Origin: the human T2T-CHM13v2.0 reference genome, Homo sapiens
NCBI RefSeq assembly: GCF_009914755.1
Contig: NC_060942.1
Length of the DNA: 64,000 nt
Direction: 5' to 3' (one strand)
The position numbers and the translations under genes were made by a program. Shown here in pieces: positions 1 through 12,690 of this stretch (the first letter of the stretch is position 1; each line of letters opens with the position of its first letter). The notes beneath the pieces were generated by a model that saw only the letters and a program-made list of their open reading frames with translations, was not told the origin of the DNA and ran no database searches.

Positions 1-644
1 ATAACAGGGTACATATCAACAAGTGAGGCTGTTCTTTATATGTTTTGGCTCAGGAAAGAGCATGTGAACTTTTTTCTGGGGTCAGCATTTGGAACAGACA
101 TACCAGTGGGAGGAACAGAGGGTGATAATGTTTAACCAATAAACTGAGCTGAACTCAATCTCCTGCCTTGACAGGGGAACTATGCAAGGTCCTTTGCTTT
201 GAAAGGCTTGGGCTCTGAGCATTCGTCAGCAATGGGTTGAGTCATATCATTGTGTTGAAGTTATTATTCGATGATTGGGAAAATGAGAAATGCTTGGAGG
301 CCTCCACTGACTTTTGACAGACTGAGAAAAGCCAGAGTTTCTTCTTTGAAGGCTTATGAAGCAAGTCCTTCTTCTGCCTGGGGGTTAGTGCCTGTTCCAG
401 CAAGGGCTGGCGAGGGGTACAGGGAGGTAAAGACACAAGCATAGGGGAAGTCATCTGACTGGGGAAGTCACACTGGCTATGCAGTGACACGTCGGAGACT
501 CTCAGTCAATATGAATGAATAAATAGATACATTACACACAGGAAGAGTTTGTATGCAAACTCTGGTATGACTCCTCCAAAAAAAAGCAAAAGCCTATTAC
601 CTGATGAGACATGATGTGTTAATACTACTTAATTATGACTTCAA

Positions 645-943
645 GGCCGGGCGCAGTGGTTCATGCCTGTAAGCCAAGGGAGGCCAAGGCAGATGGATCA
701 CTTGAGGTCAGGAGTTCTAGACCAGCCTGGCCAACATGGTGAAACCCTGTCTCGACTAAAAATACAAAACTGAGCTCAGTGTCGTGGCACAGCTACGTAA
801 TCCCAGCTACTCAGGAGGCTGAGGTAGGAGAATCTCTTGGACTGGGGAGGCAGAGGTTGCAGTGAGCTGAGATTGTGCCAATGCACTCCAGTCTGAGCGA
901 CAGAGTGAGACTCCATCTCAAAAAAAAAAAAAAAAAAAAAAAA
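645..943 (+). mobile_element. Alu (S-like)
   Basis: GGCCGGGCGCAGTGG... dimeric body, long A tail, degenerate TSD (TATGRCTTCAA). Confidence 0.95.
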
Positions 944-3900
944 GATATGGCTTCAAGTTCAGGCTGTAGTTGCTTTACAGAAAAAGAAACCTGTTGAACA
1001 ACATGAGCAGAAAAATCAACTGTTTACATCTTGTGCATTCTAACCTAGAAAACCTCCCTTCAGCCTATGAAATTGGCACTGGTCTGACTTACCTCACCAT
1101 GTCCAAATCCTTGCTGGCGGTTTCCAAATACTGGCTTGAGGTTTTTAAAAAATTCAAATATCTCTTTGCAACTTGAAGTCCCTTCAATCTATTCTCTAAC
1201 AAATGTATGGGAAGGCATCAATTTTAGGCCATGCCGATGTTTGAGGTGAGAGAATGTCCACCTTGGATGCAGCTGACAGCTGAGGCTGCTGTCATACCCC
1301 ACATGAAGTGGGGCTCTGAGGGCTAACCCACTTCCATTTGCTGAACTCAGCTGGATTTTGCTCAGAATTATAGTTTATTCAGGCTGGGGCAGAATCCCCA
1401 GGGACTGTCAGGACCAGTTCTGTTGGAAACCTGAGGCCAGTTGGTCTGACCCCTCGGGCAGGGCCATAGGAGCCAGCAGTGGTCTCGGCAGCAGCAAACT
1501 TTTACATCTCTGTGCATCACCTGAGCTTTGCAGCAGGAGGAGTGAGGGGCGGCAGCAGCTGCGCAGAGACAGGTTCTGGAGCAACCAGTTCCTGGGACAT
1601 AGGGATACACACACTCCTTCCTCAGGGACAGGATTCTAAGTTCTGTGTTATATTTGTTAGAAGTCTTTGAGTTGTAGAAAAACCCACCCACCTAAAATTG
1701 TCTTAGAAAATCAAGGAAATTTATAAGTTTCAACATTTAAGTTGAAAGAGATTTCCATTCTTGTAGGTCAGCACTTGCCAAATTATCAGCAATATCATAT
1801 GCTTCCAACCTTCTTATTAGAAGTCCACAATAGGTGTGGCTTCGAGAGAGGCATGATCCGCAGCTCAGCCAGCATGTCCAAGGACTCAGAGTTTCCCAGT
1901 CTTTCTAACCCACCTTCCATGTTGACAGGCTCAGCCTCAATCTCTGTGAGTCCCCACCCCAGAAGGACCCAAGATACCTCATGACGTCAACATGGCCATG
2001 GCAGCTCCAGACACATGCCTTTACATCCCACCACCAGGGGAGGAAAGCAGTCTCTCCTGAACACACACACAGCAGGGAAGCAGGTCCACGTTCCAAGGAA
2101 CACTGGTGAAATTCCTTCTGCCTCCTTGGTTCTGATAGAGTGGAATCATTTCCCACTAGGCCAGGGATGGGATGTTCTTTAAGCTCAAGTGAATCCTAAC
2201 TCAGCCTGGAGTTAGGTGAGGGGTCAATCCCACCTATGTCCCATAGCTGAAAACGAGGGAAGCAGATCTCCCGAGTTAAATCTGGGTGCTGTTACTGGAA
2301 GGAGAGTGGATATTCAGTTGTTAAAAAAAAAAAAAAAAAAAAAAAAGCCTACTGCTCACTCCAAGTACAGAGACAGGTGTCAACTGAACAAGCATTTAAA
2401 CTTAGTGAGCCCCCCAGGGCTAGATTTCCTCAAGGAGGAATCTTTCAGGGACCAAAGGACCTAACCTCCTGCTGGTCGGGCATGCAGGGCCTCGAGCTGG
2501 TCTTTGAATGGAAACTGGATAAGAGTGTTTGTGCCCAAGCTTCAGAGGCCAAGCACATGCCCACACAGTGGTCTCGGAGCCAGCCAGCCTCGCAGTGCTA
2601 TTCCATATCCTTCCATAGGCCTGGTCACTCCCTATTTTGTTCTTATGGCACTTGTTGCAAACCTCTTCTTTCTCTCCACCACCTCCCTCTCCCTCTCAGT
2701 GGGTGGCTTCAGGAATAGGGGACAATAGGCGTGAAATTTAAATTTCCCTTTTTCCTCCCCTTCCCCTACTCCCAATGTCAGGGACATTCTTGCCTCCTTG
2801 GTCCTTCTAGGAAGTCTCATTCCGAGACTCCCAGGACCTTGGCTGTCTGTTAGCCCCGTCCCCAACAGCCTCTGCCCATACACAGCTCTTGCAGCATTGA
2901 AACACCCATTAGTATCTTCCACCTTTAAAACAAAAATGAAATGAAGAGCCACCACCACCTGCCCATCTCTTTCCCCCGGATCACAGCCAGGGTTCCTGAA
3001 ATGGCAGTCCCCGCTCTTCTCGTCCACTGCGCACCTCCTGGCCTTCCTCTGCCCTGGGGGCTGCCCTGGATCTGCCCGTGGGTGGTGGCTGCTGTTGCTC
3101 CCCCAGAAGACACGTTCCGTCCTAATCTCAGCATAACTGGGTGAGCACAGGGACCTTAGAGACCAACAAGAGGAGCTGACTCTCGCTCCGGCACCCACTT
3201 TTCTGGGATCTTGGCTGCTGCATTTTTAAAATGGAGATACTGATCACTTTCTACTCCTCTGTGTGCCATGAGGATGAGATGAGGTCATCCACATCACACC
3301 CTCTGAGGGTGCCTGGGCCCTGGTGAGCCCTGCACACATGCTGTCTTGGTGGTCTTGCTCTCCCTGGCCCTGCAGCCCAGGGCACTGCCCAGCACGCTGC
3401 TGCCATCTGTGGCTGCGTCTCCCATGGGCTCCCATCCCCGGCTCTCTGATCTCATCCCACATACCCTTCCCAAGGACTGCAGCATCCAGGTGGCCTCAGT
3501 GACTTCCATGAGCTGATGACCCTCCAGCCATATCTCCCATCCAGACATCCTCATCCCCTTCCAGAACGTTCTCTCTGGAAGACACAGCACCTTGATCATC
3601 ATGTATCCCCAGTGCTTTCTACAGAAACTGACATAGGGAAGTGTTTCCCACTCCTGAGTGACTGGATGGATAAGAGATTCGGAATGAAAGCAGAGCGTCA
3701 CACTATCATATGCTTGAAGTTGTAAGAGGAGTCGATTTTGGCCAAGGAATGTGACTGGAGAAAAGCAGATGGCACAAGACAAGACAGAGGCCTGGGGAGC
3801 AGCCCAAGCAGAGGGGTGGAAGGAACAGCCCTCCCACCTCGCAGGCCTCCTGAAAACTCTGGGTGGGGCAGGGCTCCTCCTCCTTCAGGGCAGGGCCCAC

Positions 3901-4204
3901 GATTCTCCGTCCCTCAAAAGCTGCTGGAGATCTCACTGCTGTGGGTCTCCCAGGACACACTGAGGAGCCGGGGTTTAGAGGTCGCTAATTCCCCTTAAAA
4001 ATAAATGCATGTATACTTTATCACAATAAAAAAAATGGTACATATGGATTACCTTTAATAATAATGTAACCCTTTGCTTGTTGATATGGATGGATTTCTT
4101 CAATAAACTGTTAAGTGAAAAACAGTCTTTCCAATAGGATTCCATTTTTATAAGGGAATACGAGAAATAATTCTGAAAGGATATAAGTTAAAGTGCTAGT
4201 TGCC

Positions 4205-5232
4205 CCCAAAACAAAAACAAATAAATAGGACCTATTTAAACTAAAAAGCTTCTGCACAGCCAAAGAAAAATCAGCAGAGTAAACAGACAACCCACAGAGT
4301 GGGAGAAAATACTTGCAAACCATGCATCTGACAAAGGACTAATATCCGGAATCTACAAGGAACTCAAAGGAATCAGCAAGAAAAAACAACCCCATCAAAA
4401 AGTGGCCAAAGGACATGAATAGACAATTCTCAAAAGAAGATATACAGACATCCAACAAACATATGAAAAAATGTTCAACATCACCAATCATGAGAAAATT
4501 GCAAATTAAGAACACAATGAAATACCACCTTACTCCTGCAAGAATGGCCATAATTAAAAAGTCAAAAAATAATAGCTGTTGGCATGGATGTGGTAAAAAG
4601 GGAACACTTTTATGCCACTGGTGGGAACATAAACTAGTACAACTGTGGGAAACAGTGTGGAGATTCCTTAAAGAATGACAAGTAGAACTACCATTTGATC
4701 AAGCAATCCCACTGCTGGGTATCTACCCAGAGGAAAAGAAGGCATTATATGAAAAAGACACTTGCACACACATGTTTACAGCAGCACAACTCGCAATTGA
4801 AAAGATACGGAACCAACCTAAGTGCCCATCAACCAATCAGTAGATAAAGAAAAGGTAGTATATGTAAACCATGAAATACTACTCAGCTGTAAAATGGAAC
4901 AAAGCAATGGCCTTTGCAGCTACTTGGATGGAGCTGGAGGCTCTTATTCCAAGTGAAGTAACTCTGGAATGGAAAAGCAAACAGTGTGTATTCTCACTTA
5001 TAAGTGGGAGCTAAGCTATGAGGATACAAAGGCATAAGAATGAAATAATGGACTTCGGAGACTCCGGGGGAAGGTTGGGAGGGGGGTGAGGGATGAAAGA
5101 CTACACATTGGGTATAGTGTACACTGTTTGGGTGACAGGTGCACCAAAATCTCAGAAATTACCACTAAAGAACTTATCCATGTAACCAAAAACCACCTGT
5201 ACCCCAAAAACTATTGAAATAAAAAATAAAAT
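4205..5232 (+). mobile_element. 5'-truncated L1 (L1PB-like): ORF2 C-terminus + 3' UTR
   Basis: ORF 4415..4678 is L1 ORF2 sequence ([11 protein letters not shown]...[13 protein letters not shown]); G-rich 3' UTR; AATAAA/A-rich end. Confidence 0.93.
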
Positions 5233-6649
5233 GCTATTGTCATTATTTTTAGGTGGCCACCAAGCGACTGTTATGATTTAAATTTATTTTTACACATTTC
5301 TGATTTGTATGTCCTCTTTTGTTTTTTTAAATGAATATATATAATAATTAATTATTAATTAAATGGAAATTCCATTTAAATAATTTAAATGCCTGAAAAA
5401 CAAACTTTTTTATAAATACATGCATTTTGATAGGCTTAGGAAGGCCACTTCCTAAGCCTATCAATAAATTCACATATTTATAAAGAGACCCAGAGGCCTC
5501 CCTGTGCCTGCTCTTGGCCACCTGCAGTCTATAGTCTCTGATGCATTTCTCCAAATGTAAATCAGATCCTGTCTGTTGCAGCCATGCTGGCCTCCTTGTT
5601 CTTCAAATATGCCAGGCACACTGCTGCCTCAGAGCCTTTGTACACTTATTTCCCTCTCTCGGGGATGCTTTCATCAAATATTTTCAAGCTCATTCCTACA
5701 CTTCATGCAGGTTGCCACCCAGATGTTCCCAATTCACAGATGAGCTTCTAATCACCCTTATTAAAATCACATGGCTTTCCAAGCCTCTCCACTTTCCTCT
5801 TTCCATAACACTTTTTCACTGACTGGTGTTCCATGCATGTCTCTTTACTTACCTGTGGTCTGCAGATGTCCCCGTGGAATGCAGCTTCCAAAGGGCCGGG
5901 ACGGTGGGCACTTGTTTAGGGCTGTACCCCCAGGCTGAGAACGGCTCTCGGCACATGGTACTGCTTAATGCATGGGTGGGGGATGAATTTTAGGAACAGT
6001 TGTGTAAACTACACAGGGATTATTTTTTTCCTTCATTCTTAATAAACTCTTCTCAAGGGCTTCTGCCAGTTGGAAAAAGCAGCTTAGCAGTTAAAGACAT
6101 CTTTCGCTGAGATCACCAAGTGCTTTTCTTCCCCTGAGTGGACAAAGTCACGTGTAAGTAGTGATTCTTGATCTTTAGGGGATCACAGACCCCTTAAGGA
6201 TTCTGGAAAAGTCATTTCTTCTCAGAAAGATGCACGTATGAACAGAATGCTTCATGTAATTTCTGGAGGTCTAAGGACTCCCTGGAGCTGCTTTTTGAAG
6301 TAGAGATCGGCCACTCTGAATTTCAGGTGCCACTCATTTAAGCCTAATTGTTATTCGGCTGGGCCAGAAGCTACTAGAAAGAACTTTGCTTGGGTTTCTT
6401 TCACTGAGAGACAGGTAACTCCTACTCATACAATGGCAGTTGTTTCTGAGAGAATACACAGAGAACCAAGAATTATAAATGGAAATTTATAATGTGAGCT
6501 CGAGATAGGGGAGAACAAAGCGATAGTCTAGATTCAGCAGTATAAACTTCAGAGGAAGTTCCATCAGTTCAGCTCAGCTTACTCGCCAGCTTACCTGTCT
6601 CTCTCCACGTCCTCTGAAATGCAAATAATCAATGCCCACGGGCTACTGA

Positions 6650-7044
<395 letters not shown>

Positions 7045-9274
7045 ATTATATTAGCTTTAAATGTATTTACAATTACACTAATTGAATATGATGTAACCTG
7101 AGGAAAAATACAAGTTCAAAAGGAGAGATGTTCCCATAAAAACTATGTTGGATGCTGTTAAAAGCTTTGATAAAGGGATTGTTAAAATGACTCATTAGGC
7201 ATGTGCAAGGCAGCTGTAAAAGACCAGGAAGAAAAATTCTAAAACTCTAAGACTTCTATGGTATGGAGATAGCTTTGGAAGCTTCTTTACGTTCTCATTC
7301 CACATTAAAGTAAGAGAAAGGGACATTTCGGATGCATCGTGGTTACAGAACTCCTATCAGAGGATCCAGACCCAAAAGATAAATCAAAAAAGCTCTTGGC
7401 AAATGAACTTAAAATGAGTTAAAATATAATCGTTTTCCACTTTACCTGACTTTGAGTAATCAACCATCCACCCATATAGTTAAGGGCATTCTATCTACTA
7501 CATTCTAAAAATAGGGAGAGGAGACAGCCAACCCGAAATCATGAAAGAAATTAAGGCAATCTATGAGCACCGTTAAATTAATTTTTTATGAAGTTGTAAT
7601 GCCATCAGGCCTGTATTGTTTTTTCTTTGCAAAGTCATGGCTCAGGAAACTGACAAATACTAGATACTTTGTAATCCCAAAGAGAAGAGAGCTTTAAAGC
7701 TGTAGAGGAACACAGGGAGAGAGGCACGTGCTACAGGTTTGCTTGGGTGAGAAGGGTTTCATGAGGACAGAAGTGAAAGTTATGGAATCCAGTTTGAACT
7801 CGAAACATACAGGGAAGCAGCCACAAATGGGTATGATTCTCAGGAGAGATAACTCTGAAAAAATATTAAAGGAAACATGAAGAACCATTGGAGAAAAAGG
7901 GCAAAAATCTACTCCATGGTTTCCCTAAAAGGATTTTGTTTTCTCTAACACATGAAAACTCCAACCAGAAACATTTTAGCTGCTCTAAATCACATCTGTG
8001 AATTCTGCAAGTTACTGCGAGTCTAGGAGTAAATCAGTAACGAAGCCGGCGCAAAGAGGAGAGAGAAAAGTGCTTAGTTATTGCTAGGTCTCAGTAGTAA
8101 GTCTTGGATGCTGAAATAATCAGTATTTTCCAGGAGGAGGGTGTCACTTGGGGGCGCCTAAAGCCAATAGATTCTTAGTTAAAAGGAAAGGCTGTTAGGC
8201 ACTGGCCATAGTGCCAAGAACGTGAACTTCATCAACACCGAAGTCTACAAACTCAGGGTAGTGGCGAGCATGCTGAAGTTATGAGATACCGCAGATCAGC
8301 AGAGATAAAGAGGAACTGAGTTTATCAAACTCAGGTCCAAGAGCACAGAACTCCCCTGACCTCCGAGAACGAGCCGGCCCTGCCCTCCTACATGTTTGCT
8401 GTTGATAATCTTCCGCCCGCCCTCGCCCTCAGTCTTTTGGGCTGACACTAAGATCTAGGCACTAGCTTGACCTTCCAGAGTGTTTCACAAGCTTCCAGGA
8501 TCTGGTGTACTAAGAATATGACAAACTTTGTCAGATAACATCTGTCTCTGCCTCTTGCCACGCTGACAAACTGTTGGAGTCTGAAAGTTCCCGTGCTCCA
8601 GTATGCACAGCCTGGACATCCTGCAGTTCTCAAAACCCCCTGCCTCTAAAGGCTGAGTTTGTAGGGTGCTTCAGAGCTGCCTGGGGCTGGGGGGCAAGAG
8701 TGATATCAAAGTGGTGTTTTAGTGAGAATAATCTCATCATGATGGGCACAAGAGATTGAAAATAGAGACTGGAAGTGGGAGACCAGTTAGGGGACTTCAG
8801 TTAACAATCACCAGGAACTGGATGAGGCTCAGAGAATACACTGCAGGACAGAAATAATGGCCTGGGCAGATCCAGATGCGAGTAGGAAGTGAGCTTTTGC
8901 AGCAGTAACTCAGAGCAGCCGAGCTGCAGCCTAGATGAGGGCCGTGGCACTGGAGGTGGAGAGGAGGGATGGGCACTAGCAAGAGAGTAGACAGAGCAGC
9001 CACTGAGGCTATCTAGAAACAAACAGTACACATCAGCGATCAGTTTATCTTCAGCTGCAAAAGTCATATATTTAATTCCAACCATATGTAAGTGAACAAA
9101 GTATGGAGTGAAACAGTAAAAGCCCCTCCTCTGGCTTCACATCTCACCCTTTACAAGAAGCCACTCTTAACCGAGTGGTGATTGTAGGAAGCAATGCCGA
9201 AGGTGAGGGGTGTGAAGAAGAAACCCTGTTTCTGGCATGACCTGGGTGGATGCTCCTGAGATAAGAAACACTGA

Positions 9275-9515
9275 GGCTGGGCACGATGGCTCACACCTGT
9301 AATCCCAGTACTTTGGGAGGCTGAGGCGGACAGATCAGGTGGCATGCACCTGTAATCCCAGCTACTTGGGAGGCTGAGGCAGGAGAATCGCTTGAACCCA
9401 GGAGGCAGAGGTTTCAGTGAGCCGAGATAGCGCCATTGCACTCCAGCCTGGGCAACAAGAGTGAAATTCCATCTCAAAAAAAAAAAAAAAAGAAAGAAAA
9501 GAAAAGAAAGAAAGA
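9275..9515 (+). mobile_element. Alu with internal deletion of left-arm end and linker; (GAAA)n tail
   Basis: Jumps from CAGATCA directly to GGTGGCATGCACCTGTAATCC. Confidence 0.9.
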
Positions 9516-9574
9516 AATGCTGGACGGGACAATTTCTTGGGCATAGAGAATGAGTTCACCTTGACTATGTTGAG

Positions 9575-10680
9575 TTTTTTTATACAATAGCTCTGCTGAA
9601 ATATAATTCCCATACCACACAGTTCACCCATTGAAAGTGTACAGTTCGATGGCTTTTAGTACATTTAGAGTTATGCAACCATCACCATAATTCATTTCAG
9701 AACGTGTTTATCAATCCCCAAAGAAATCCTGCACCCGTTATCAGCCACTCCCCAGTTTTCTTCAGCCTTCTTCCCAGCCCTAGGTAACCACTTTCTGTCT
9801 CTATGGATTTGCCTATTCTGAACATTTCATATCAATTGAATCATACCATTTGTAGCCTGTTACGAATGGCTTCTTTCATTTAGCAAATGTTTTCAAAGGT
9901 TCAGCCATGTTCTAGCATGTATAGTACATTTTACTGCAGAGTAATATTCCACTGTATAGGCATAAGGCGACTTGTTTATCCACTCATCTACTGATGAACT
10001 TTTGGGTTGTTTCCAGCTTGGGGCTATTATAAATAATGCTATGAGCATTCACATAACAAGTTTTTGTCTAAACACATGTTTTTCCTTCTTTTCGGTATAT
10101 ACCTAGCAGTGGAATTGTTAAGTCATGTAGTAATTCTGTTTAACTTTTTGAGGAACTGCTATACTCTTTTCCGCAGAGGTTGAACCATTTTACATTCTCA
10201 CCAGCAATGCACAAGGGTTACAATTTCTCCACCTTTGTCAGAACTTGGTAGTGTCTGACTTTTTGATTATAACCTTCCCCATGGGTGTGAAATGGCATCT
10301 TGTGGTTTTGATTTGCATTTCCCTAATGACTAATGATACTGAGCATGCTAATCCTGCTTATCGGCCATTCATGCACTTTCATCTGGAGAACTATCCATTC
10401 AGATCTTTTGCCCATTTTTAACTTGAGTTGTCTTTTGTTGAGTTGTCAGGGTTCTTTATATATTCTAGATACAGGTCCCTCAGATACCTGATTTGTAAGT
10501 ATTTTCTCACATCCTGTGTCATCTTTTCGGTTACTTGATGGTGTCCTTTGAAACAAAAGTTTTTAATTATGATGAAGTTCAGTTCATCTATTTCTTCTTT
10601 TGCTGTGTGTGCTTTTGTTATCTAAGAAACCATTTCCTAATCCAAAGTCATTAAGATTTATGCCTATGTTTTCTTCCAAG
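9575..10680 (-). mobile_element. Old L1 (L1M-type) 3' region
   Basis: Antisense L1 motifs such as GGGTTGTTTCCA, GTGGTTTTGATTTGCATTTCCCTAATGACTAATGAT. Confidence 0.88.
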
Positions 10681-10772
10681 ACAAATATGGATTTTTGTGT
10701 GCATGTTCATGAACTGGCGAACTAAGAAAAGAAATGTGAAGTAATGCTACCATTACTTATAACAAGGTTAAA

Positions 10773-11061
<289 letters not shown>

Positions 11062-12167
11062 GATGTTAAATGTGTCCATGTGACAATTCTCACATGATCT
11101 CTCCTTAAACAGCTATTGACTTATAAACATGACAAGCATAATCATAATGGTAAAATAAATTCAGCTTAGCAATAGCATATTAAGATAATGAAACAATAAT
11201 TCTCAAAGTTGGTGAAGGTTCTCCATATGATGTTACTTAATATTATCAAGTGAATTTCAAATTCTTTCTACTGCAACTTCAAAGTGTTCCTTTATTTCCA
11301 GAATTCCCTCGTGGCTGCAAGAATATTAAAACAAGTCAAACTTTCTAATCTAAAAATGACAACATGGCATTTTAATGGTTTCTTAAATTATCTGGACTAA
11401 AGGTAACATTTTGCATTTTTTTTTCGGGAGACCTAAGGTTTTCAAAAAGCAAATTTGTTTCACTTGCTTCTTTCTTCTTTAAAAGGAGTGGAGATGGTGG
11501 AGCCCACGGCATCCCATCTCTGGTTGTATGCTTGTTTCTAGGCCAATCATGAAGCCCTTGGTCAACTTCAGCCTGGTCCTACAGATTCCAAATACAACCA
11601 GATGCAGAGCTGGCTGCATGGCAACTGAGACCATGCCGGGACCACCCACCCACCCTCAAGCTAGACATTCTACTCCTGGTCTTCATGGAGGCTGTGGTCC
11701 ATGTCCAACTTCATGGCCTACTGGACTCTGTGCCTTCAGTAGGAAGGAGGAGTGACCAGAAGCTGGGGCTAGAGAGAAGAGCAGAGAAAGAAGCCTCACT
11801 ATTTTTTCATTTTTAAGGACTTTTCCTGACAGATGTCTCCTTCCCACCAACAACTTGGGTTGTGTTTTCCATCTTGATTAAAATATTCGCATTTCAGTCA
11901 AAAAATCAAGGAAGACTGTGATTTATGTTTCAGGATTTACATAATGATTTAGTGATCTCTTAATATTCAGACATTATTGATTGATTACAAAATATGTCTC
12001 CTCACAGAACCCCTTTGACACCCCATCCCTATTGGACAAACTCGTGCCCTTTTCTATTGCTTCTGAGCTTCCCTGGCAGGTGCTGAGTGCCCAGCACACT
12101 TCTTCCTGCTGGCCTCTGCCGGCCACACCTCCGCTAAGCAGCTGAGCATCAGACTTGACATCAATCC

Positions 12168-12690
12168 GTGCCCCCATTGTCTTCCCACCTCCCCATACTC
12201 TCCCTGTACCCCGACTGTCTCCATGTCCCCCATAGTCTTCCTGTCCCCCCACTATCTCCCCACCCCCATCTCCCCATCCTCCTGCTATCTCCCCATCCTC
12301 CCGCTATCTGCCTGTCCCCGTTATCTCCCCATCCCCCACTATCTCCCAATTCCCCATCTCCCCACACCCCATCTCCCCACCACCCCACTATCTCCCCATC
12401 CCCCCACTATCTCCCCATTGTCCCGTTATCTCCCCATCCCCCATCTCCCCATCCCCTATCTCCCCATCCCCCGCTATCTCCCCATCCTCCGCTATCTCCC
12501 CATCCGCCCACTATCTCCCCATCCCCCACTATATCATCCCCCACTATCTCCCCACCCCCATCTCCACAGCCCCCACTATCTCCCCATCCCCCCATTGTCA
12601 TCTCCCCACCCCCCACTATCTCCTCACCTCCCCATTGTCTCCCCACCCCCTCACTATCTCCCCATCCTCCCATTGTCTCCCCATTGTCTC
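12168..12690 (+). repeat. C-rich degenerate tandem repeat (about 18-19-bp unit CCCCCACTATCTCCCCAT)
   Basis: Repeated CTATCTCCCCAT; produces spurious Pro/Ser/His- and Gly-rich ORFs. Confidence 0.95.

Noticed and set aside
4415-4678. 87-aa ORF with recognisable protein similarity
   Set aside because: Fragment of L1 ORF2 in a 5'-truncated, decayed element
5343-5385. AT-rich inverted repeat TTAAATGGAA-A-TTCCATTTAA and adjacent AATAATTAATTATT palindrome
   Set aside because: Short arms in low-complexity AT sequence; expected by chance
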